NCBI RefSeq assembly: GCF_006345805.1
Contig: NC_043012.1
Location: 24,490,001 to 24,554,000, forward strand
Reading direction: 5' to 3'
DNA: 64,000 bases
Source of the DNA: Octopus sinensis
Taxonomy: Eukaryota
Shown piece after piece: positions 55,254-64,000 of the stretch (its first letter is position 1; each line of letters begins with the position of its first letter). The notes below the pieces were generated by a model, which saw only the letters and a list, made by a program, of their open reading frames with translations, was not told the origin of the DNA and searched no databases. The position numbers were made by a program, and so were the translations under genes.

Positions 55254-55403
55254 AATAGATTTAATCATTCAGAAGACCAGGGCTTGTGGTTGGTTCCATA
55301 GGAACAATACTTTCAAGCTGATAGCCCAACTTACTTTCTCATATTCATATGATTACGTATGAACACGCATGTATATGTGTATATGCATGTATTTAAACAC
55401 ACA

Positions 55404-55451
<48 letters not shown>

Positions 55452-55706
55452 TATATATATATACATGATGTGCATAGTTCTTTAGATTGCTAACATATAT
55501 TTCACTAGTGCACTTGCTGCGTACTTTATATGTGCGTATGTACTTCACCTCTGACTCTGTCTTAGAAATATAATATACATGCATATACATATAAATATAT
55601 ATATATATATACATACATACATAAAACATATATACATTATATTCACAAAGATATAATATGTATCTGTATATCTACGTATATACATGAGTGTGTGTATATA
55701 TATATT

Positions 55707-55740
<34 letters not shown>

Positions 55741-56875
55741 GGTACATACAAACATACATACATACGTACGTACATACATGTATTTATTTATGTATGTATG
55801 TATATACACATTATGCCTGTCTGTATAATAAGGAGAAATTTAGCCTGGTCTACTTAACACCTCTCCTTTACCGTGGTCCTTTACTGCTGGTCCTTGATAT
55901 TAACTTCAAAGCAACCATATTCTTTTATGCTGATTTATGTGCAATCTAATCCAAGATTTATTTATTTATTTGTTTGTCTTTCTTTCTATTTTATCTTCTA
56001 TTCTATATAATTTATTTTGGTAGCAGTGGTCAGGGATGGGTGGGCTGGTTTCTGCTTTTCACACACACACACACACACATACAGCTTCTTACACATAAAC
56101 ACCTGATACATACATGCTCATTCACTCTACTACACATACCACCCGTTCATTCATTTACACACACACACACGCACACACTTAATTTCTTTACAAGGTGAAT
56201 TATGATAACATTTAGTAATGCAAGTGGTTTCAATGGTAATGTGTGTGTGTGCATGTATAAGTGTGTGTGTGTGTGTGTGTGTGTGTATAAGTGTGTCTAT
56301 GAGACTATATTAGCATTTAAACAGGTAGTAGTTGTAGTGGTGTTAGTAATAGATTGTGTGTGTGTGTGTGTAACCTTCCCCCCCCGCTACTTCTCTCTCT
56401 CTTTCTCTTTTTCTCTCCCTTAACAAATTACAGCTAACATTAATGCAGTTACTCAGATTTCACTCCTGTAACATACTCCTGTACACCTTAATTATTCATA
56501 AACAACATATCGCTATGGCAACCTTTGTTCCATAAATCAGACACTTAACCAAGCCCAACAATGGGGATATGTCAGTTTTTAACATCCTCACTTGATTGCC
56601 TGGCAATTCCTACCCACCTAACTACCCACCTCACCACTATCACTGCATCTCTCTCTTTCTCTCATTATTCACCCACCTGTCACCACCACCACCACCACCA
56701 TCATCATCAGGGCAGTGGCTGCACCCATTAGTCATCTGTTTTAGTAAACACTACATTTATCCTTAGAATTAATAACACAGCAACAAGAACAGAACAGTAT
56801 TTTTCCTTCCCTTTTATTTTTTCTTTCTCTTCTTTTTTTTTTTTCAAATTTTCCCTTCAATGCTGTCAGTTCTCT

Positions 56876-56913
<38 letters not shown>

Positions 56914-57515
56914 TGGCTGAGGCTTAATTTCTGAGAAATGAAATTTCCAAACACCTCCAACCTAACCCCTCCAGCCTCCATCCACTCCATCCCACCCTCA
57001 ACCAACTCCCCCACCATCTGGCATTTCAAGCTCTGTGGTGGTGGTGATGGGGAGTAGTGTTGCATGGAATTTTTTATTTTTTAAAAATTTTTCCTACTGC
57101 TCAAGACAATTAAAATAGAGAAATACCAGTAATATATACATATAGTGTGTGTGTGTACTGCTGTATTCTTTCTTGACTACATAAATACCTCAGAGACCAA
57201 GGGGTACTCAACTCTGAGCTTTGTAGTAGTATTAAAACTGAGCAAATCCAAGCCCCCATCCCCACCCCCACACACATCTTCATCTCTTTAGATCTGCTGG
57301 AATATTGTAAGTAGTTTTTGTTGTTACCAGCACAAAAGATATTTGAACTCAGAATTGAAGTCTCCACCCCCCACCCGGATCACCTACCCGGAGTTTGTCC
57401 CTTCATAGAATTAAATGGGAATATCCATAGATGTAACAATAGCAGTCCCATACTTGCTTCATTGCTTTCTTCTTTCTCTTTTGGTTCTTCCATTCCTGTT
57501 TTTTTTTTTTCTCAG

Positions 57516-57550
57516 TTAACAGAAATATAAGAAAAGTCAGATGCTTTTGA
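57516..57550 (+). CDS. Candidate terminal exon, phase 1 (V)NRNIRKVRCF*
   Basis: Very long pyrimidine tract ending ttttttctcAG, followed by purine-rich unique sequence. Confidence 0.2.
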
Positions 57551-58074
57551 TTTAGACTTAAGCGAATGAGATGGAGAAGAAACTTGACCCGCAAGAAAAA
57601 TTGACCTCAAAACATCCTAGAAGAAAAAAACAAAACTTCGAATAATATGGTGATGCTCTAGTATGGCCACAACCTTTGGGCTGGAACACATAAAGAAACA
57701 TAAAAGGAATATGGTCCTAGATATAATGTGACATCATTTTTCTCTATGTTAACCTTAGCTGAACAGACCTTTGTACTTAAGGGTATTCACTAAACTCTGA
57801 CCATCTGACAATTATTTTCTTTTGTGCAATCTGTTATTCCATTATTTATTTACCACTTTTTTTTTAAAAAAAAGGAGGGTGTAATTTCTGTAAGATTTGG
57901 CTGCTATTTCAAGTAGGTTGTATGACCATGCTGGTGGTTCCCACAGGGAGCTTTGTATGTTTGCTATGCCACAACCTATTCTGTTTTAAACTAATTACAC
58001 TTAAGGTTCTGACTCCACCACTGCAACAGGGGTTTGTCTTCTGCAGCTTTACTACATAGCTGTGCGTGTACTCT

Positions 58075-58440
58075 TCTTTTACCTCTTCTTGTATTCGTTT
58101 TAGTCATTGGATAGCAGCCATGCAGGGGCTTGGCTTTCAAGGCACAAATCAATGCCAGCACTCATTTTCACTGAATTGCAAAGTTACAGGGACATAAACA
58201 AACCAATACCAGTTGCCAAGTGGTGGTGGTGGTGGTGGTGACAAACATTCATAAAGACACACACATGCACACATACATATATACACATACACAATGGGCT
58301 TCCACACAGTTTCCATCTGCCAAATTCGCTCACACAGCATTGATTGTCTCAGGGTTATAGTGGAAGACGCCAGCCTAAGGTGGCATGCTGTGGGACTGAA
58401 CTTGAAACCACTTGGTTGGCAAGCAAACTACAAAGCCATA
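58075..58440 (-). mobile_element. Decayed SINE family B
   Basis: agttacagggacataaacaaacc...ccaaattcgctcac...gtgggactgaac. Confidence 0.75.
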
Positions 58441-59043
58441 CTTTTTATGCATATGTATGTCTGCATGCATGTGTGTGTGTGTGTGTGTGTGTATGCATAC
58501 CTGTGTGTATGCATACCTGTGTGTATGCATACCTGTATGTATGTATGTATATATATGCTATTTTTGTGTAGAAATGGTAACAAAAACACAAAGGAAATAG
58601 TTGGTGCAAGCCTTTTGTTAAATTTTCTTGTTTGAAGACTACTAAATCATCTTTATTAAAATTTCATTTTTTTGACAAGTATGAGATTTTGTAGTTTGGG
58701 TGGTGGTGGTGGTGGTGGTGGTAGTGGTGAGGAGGAAGAGGAGAATGGGGCGGGGAGAGTAGCAGAAGTTGTGCTTGTTGATTTGATGGCATCTTCTTGG
58801 TGTTTTTGAGGGAGGGTGGGGGTGTTGGGTTTTTTTTTGGGGGGGGGGGTGACTAAATAAAAAGAAGACACTTGGTGCTTCTTATTGACTTTTCAAACAT
58901 ATATTGCATTGTGGCAGCGGTGGAGGTGATGTATATGCATGCAAATGAGTGTGGGTTTTTTTGTATTTGCTTAGAAAAACACGAACAATGTACATACATA
59001 CATACATGTATATACGTACATATATACACATACATATGATATA

Positions 59044-59425
59044 TACACCCATATACAATTATATACATATATGATTATATATACACACATACTTTATATC
59101 TATATCTATCTATATATATATCTATATATTTATATATACACACATATACATTATATACATATATGATATATATACACACATACTTTTATCTATATCTATC
59201 TATATATATATATCTATATATTTATATATACACACATATACAATTATATACATATATGATTATATATACACACATACTTTATATCTATATCTATCTATAT
59301 ATATATATCTATATATTTATATATACACACATATACAATTATATACATATATGATTATATATACACACATACTTTATATCTATATCTATCTATATATATA
59401 TATCTATATATTTATATATACACAC
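59044..59425. repeat. Higher-order repeat: about 92-bp TA/CA-derived unit x4
   Basis: tacacacatatacaattatatacatatatgattatatatacacacatactttatatctatatctatc recurs with about 92-94 bp spacing. Confidence 0.85.
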
Positions 59426-60529
59426 ACGCACACATATATATTCATAGAATTACCTTATCTTCTTTCTTTATATTCTATTCATACACCCTGTATATACATC
59501 CTCAGTTGACATCTTTGACTCCGATTCTAATGATGTGAATACCTTTTACTTCTCTTTTCATGAACTTATCACTCATTATTATTGTTATCCTTGGTTAACT
59601 CCGTGCGTGTGTGGTGGGGCGAGGGTGTTATTTGCTTTCTCTCTCTCTCTCTCTCTCTTTTTCGACTTTTATGTATTTATTTCTTTATCCCACACTTACT
59701 TAGTGAAGCTAATGACGGGGAAAAGTTCTTCATTGTACAGCATTTTTTTTCTTTTCTTTCTCTATTTGTTTTAGTTTTTCTCTCTCTTTTTCTTTCTTTC
59801 TTTTTTTTTTCGCATTGAAACATTGGGCACTTATTCTTCGGCTATTGGCATTTAGTACTATTGATCTGTTTGGTTAGCGATGCTTGGAACTGTATATTAA
59901 TCTTTTAGTTCCTGATCATTGGATCTGTAACATCGATCTATTGGTTATAGATATTTGGAGTTTCTCACCTACTGACCCCCCCACTCTTTCTTCTCTCTTT
60001 CTCTCTCTCTCTCTCTCTCCTCAGGCTCAAGATAAAAAGTAAACAAACTCATAACCCCTTAGAGGGTCCACATATTGAACAGTGACTCAAAGTCAGAAGT
60101 CTAGATTCTGACTCATTAATTAAATAGGATGTTTTTAGTTGTGCTCTGCTAGCTCAGGCCATGAGAATGTGTTTTGTGCGTTTGTATCTGAGGAGGTGTA
60201 TTGGACAAGTGGCCAAGATGTCAAAGCACTTGTTCCATTCAGCTAAGAGGGTTCCATATCTTAGTTAAAGCCGCTTTTTCCATTGTGGTTAATTTCATAA
60301 ATATTTTGGTGGTATATTTTTCCTTTTTTGTCTCTTTTATTATTTTTTTTTTTCTGAATTTTTATGAATACCTTGGTCTTTCTGGTGGAAAATTAGATTA
60401 CAAGTCTTGTCAATAAAAGGAACAGCAGGTCTCAGAAGAGTTTTGTTACCACTGAACAACTCTTTTCGTCTTGTTTCTTTTTCATTTTTCTGTTTATTTT
60501 GCAAATGTTTTCAGCCGTGTCTCATATAT

Positions 60530-60905
60530 CTTTTATCTTTTACTTGTTTCAGTCATTTGACTGTGGCCATACTGGGGCACCTCTTTGAAGAATTTAAGTT
60601 GGTCAAATTGCCCCCCACCCCCAGTACTTATTTCTTTCTGTTTTTGTTGTTGCTTTTTAAGCCTGATATTTATTCTATTAGTCTCTTTTGCCAAACCACT
60701 AAGTTACAGAGATGTAAACACACCAACACCAATTGTCAAAGTGCAATGTGCTTCTTTCAGCTTCTGTCTACCAAATCCATTCGCAAGGTTCTGTTCAGGC
60801 CAAGAGTATAGTTGAAGATACTTGCCCAAGTTGTCATGCAGTGGGACTGAACCTGGAGCCATGTGGTTCGGAAGAAAACATCTTACCACACAGCCATGTC
60901 TGTGC
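60530..60905 (-). mobile_element. SINE family B; a further head half lies at about 61190-61355
   Basis: tttacttgtttcagtcatttgactgtggccat...cttaccacacagcc. Confidence 0.85.
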
Positions 60906-62691
60906 CTATATATATATATATATAAATACTCACACATGCACACACACCAGGTGTGGCATATATTTGTACCTATTTTACCATAAAATTAAAAAGTTTTGGG
61001 TTTTGGTTAATGAAAGTTTACTGGTTGATTGTTATATTGACAATATTTTACATATAATTTACAAGTCAAAATGGTTACCCTCTACTTTCATCACAACCCT
61101 TGATTGTTTTTCTCATCTGAAATGCAACAAGCAATCAATGTCAAGACAAGAGGCACAAACATACAAGCACTTACACACACAAACACACACATGAAGGGCT
61201 TCTTTCAGTTTCCATCGACAAAATCATTTCCACCAGGCTTTAGTTGACCTAGGGCTATAGTAGAAGACACTTGCCCAAGGCGGCACACAGTTGGACTGAA
61301 CCTGAAACCATGTGAGTGGAAAACAAGTTTCTCAAATGGAGCCACTCTTGTGCCTAAACCATTAAAAATTTTAAAAAAAAACACTTGTCATAACATTTCT
61401 TATTTCTTGAAAGAATTAAAAAGTAAACCAAATTGAAGGACCTTTAAGTAAGTAGATAGAGGTCAGACTGGGCTTAACTGGGTTTTTTCTTTTTGTGTGT
61501 AAGAGAATTTGCGACTGGTACTGTTGTTGTCTAGCCTTAAATTATTCTTGATCAAGTAGATTTATGGCTAAAGGCTTTTCACCTTTGGTAATCCTATCCC
61601 CCTAGTTTTTTTTCCACTGTTTGTGAGTATATTATCTATGGTGTAACTTTTTGTTAAAATAGTAGGATGTGATTTGAGTGAAATTTAGCTGCTGTTTCTA
61701 ATAGGTAGAGACTATCTGGCTGGTTTGTGAGTTCAACATTGGCTTTGTCTAGTACTTAGAATTATTTTTCCCAATGCAGCCTTCATTTATAAAGAGACTA
61801 GACTGTTGTTTGAGGGACATTTGAGAGATGAGAGAAGCAAGCTGTTAAGAAAAAGAGTCCTCCAAACAGAGCCATCACTATTCTGGTCTTGTTGGCTGGT
61901 CAACGCCATGTGTGTTCTGGTCTTGTTGGTTGGTCAAAGCTGTGTCTACATATTTTTACCTCTTTTACTTGTTTGCACATGGACAGCAGAAACTGTTGGT
62001 TATAACATTGGAACCTTGAAACTGATACAGCCAGTCATTGGTAGCCAATATTTATAATCTAAAGGTTCGTAACATTTGAACTAGTGTCGATCGATTTTAT
62101 CATTGGATAATATTTGAACTGTCATGTATTGATGTACCTAGAAATGATAATAATAATAATATTTGAATTACCATGTATCGATCTATTGGTTACAAATATT
62201 TTAAAGTGATAGATTATTGATATGTTAAACTATGTTTAAATTACCAGCAGCCAAGGTTGGATTGGATTTTGTATTGATTTTATTGGTTATTGATAGGTTT
62301 GTGTATTATCAGTTGATAGGCTATTTATAGTTAGTATTGATTATCGATTTATTAGTTATTGATAGTTGGAACTGTGTATTGATTTATTGGTCATTCCTCT
62401 ATGACACTCCGTATTGATTCCATTTACCATGTAGCTTTACGTATTTTGTATTAACAATAATACCCACCAATCCAAGATTTTTTGTTTCTTTTTGTTGTTG
62501 TTTTTTTTTTAATATCTAGAATTATTAATATCTTTCTCCTTTGACCTGTTTTCCTTATGATTCCCATAAAAATATATTAAAAAAGAAAAGTAAACTCTGT
62601 AGCCGTATGTAATAAGGCTTGTAAATTATTGCTTCAAGTCTGCGAACAAGCTGCTGGGATAACGAAGAAGGAAATCAAATATCCATCCCTA

Positions 62692-62913
62692 TTAAGAGAT
62701 TGCTTTGGTTGTTGGTGTTAACTGCTTTGTGGCAGATCTGTACTTTCCACTGTCACCCCGTTGCCATGTTCCCAAGGAGAATGCTTTCGTTGTATTAACG
62801 TCATCTATTTCTAGAGTCATATTCGAACTGGTTGATACTACTCCCACTGCATTCAAAGAATTTAATAACCTGCTCACATGTTTAGATTTAGGTAAACAGG
62901 TGTTTTGGAGTTT
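62692..62913 (-). CDS. Coding-like open frame, possibly the last exon of a minus-strand gene: KLQNTCLPKSKHVSRLLNSLNAVGVVSTSSNMTLEIDDVNTTKAFSLGTWQRGDSGKYRSATKQLTPTTKAIS*
   Basis: 73 open codons of non-repetitive sequence ending TAA TAG, with A/T-rich third positions. The acceptor is weak and the in-register + frame is also open, so strand is uncertain. Confidence 0.3.
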   Translation of the reverse strand, partial: KLQNTCLPKSKHVSRLLNSLNAVGVVSTSSNMTLEIDDVNTTKAFSLGTWQRGDSGKYRSATKQLTPTTKAIS

Positions 62914-63736
62914 CTATAACACATGGATTTTCTTTTTAGTACAAACCTAGACACACACACACACACACACTATGGGCTTGTGACCTTACATATTAACCAC
63001 ATGGCATAAATATATCACAGTTTGTAAGAAAGTACTAAATATTTGTAAAGAATTATTTCTGGTATTAATGTCATTTTCAGTTGTCTTTTCCTTGTTTTTC
63101 GTTAATGCTTTTTGTAATAATTACTCATTTTCTCTTCGCACTGCAATTAGATATATTAATTACTGTAATTATTATACATGTTGCTATGTGGTTAAATAAA
63201 AGTGAATCTGACATAAAAGGAGATCAAATTTAAAATTGCATTCAAATCAAAGTTTCTTGTTTTGTTTTTTGGTTTTTTTCTCTTTTTTTTTTCCTACTTT
63301 CCTTCCAAACTATTAAACTTTATTAATGTAACCTATTTTCTTCAAGAGTCTGCTCCAATTTGGTGGAGTGTGCAGGTGGAGTAGGGGAAGAAATAAAAAA
63401 AAAAATTACTATTAGATTTTATTTCCTTACTCAAAGTTGTTTCATTGAAATCTGTTAACTTTGTTAAACTGATAAATCTGACGATTAAACTGTTAATTTA
63501 TGGCAAGAATCTGTGCAAAGTCACTTGTTTATTGTTTTTAATTATCTATTTCCATCAGTGCTCACATCATAAATCTGTTTAGCATGCATTTTCTTTATTA
63601 GTTTAAAATTAATTCTTACCATTAAAGTAAATTAAGGAAGAAGGTATTTTTCTATGTTAGAACCATTATTCTTGTAAATGGAAATGATTCTTCAAGTGCT
63701 TCTTCACTAAATAAACACATTTCTTCTAATGATACC

Positions 63737-63810
<74 letters not shown>

Positions 63811-64000
63811 ATATGTATGTATGTATATATAAGTGTGCACACATAGTCACACATGCATGTACTTGCATACAGATAGTTATTCTTAGCTGATTCGGTTACA
63901 AGATCTAAACTCTTCTGCAGATATAACAATATATGATATATTCAACATGTATCATGTAGAACCACATGCAATAAATTTGGGTTTCTGGTTTCAAAGAATT

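Noticed and set aside
62740-62830. Ig-like TLEI..V / DSGKY motif on the minus strand
   Set aside because: The conserved Cys is missing (YRS) and spacing is about 10 residues too long.

Overview
AT-rich, microsatellite-saturated animal genomic DNA with no long ORF. The SINE families match octopus (cephalopod) repeats as I recall them; I could not run a database check. Most of the window looks like intron or 3' region of a large, unidentified gene that is probably on the + strand. It is filled with tRNA-derived SINEs, CR1 and RTE LINE 3' ends, piggyBac- and hAT-type MITEs, Penelope-type pLTR fragments with hammerhead motifs, and simple repeats. Nearly all ORFs in the supplied track are microsatellite or SINE read-throughs. 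The best non-repeat signal is a pair of paralogous phase-1/phase-1 candidate exons (26455-26532 and 37101-37193) that keep their splice sites and differ by in-frame indels. Their shared acceptor has a perfect 13-nt reverse complement 26-37 kb downstream (63376-63388), and several strong acceptors are followed by short stop-terminated frames. Together these suggest a 3'-variable, alternatively spliced region, possibly under RNA-pairing control (inference). Also present: one core-intact minimal hammerhead (9266-9311) and variant copies, a CpG-rich island (about 19620-22200), and a strand-ambiguous coding-like island at the right end. No gene symbol can be assigned.
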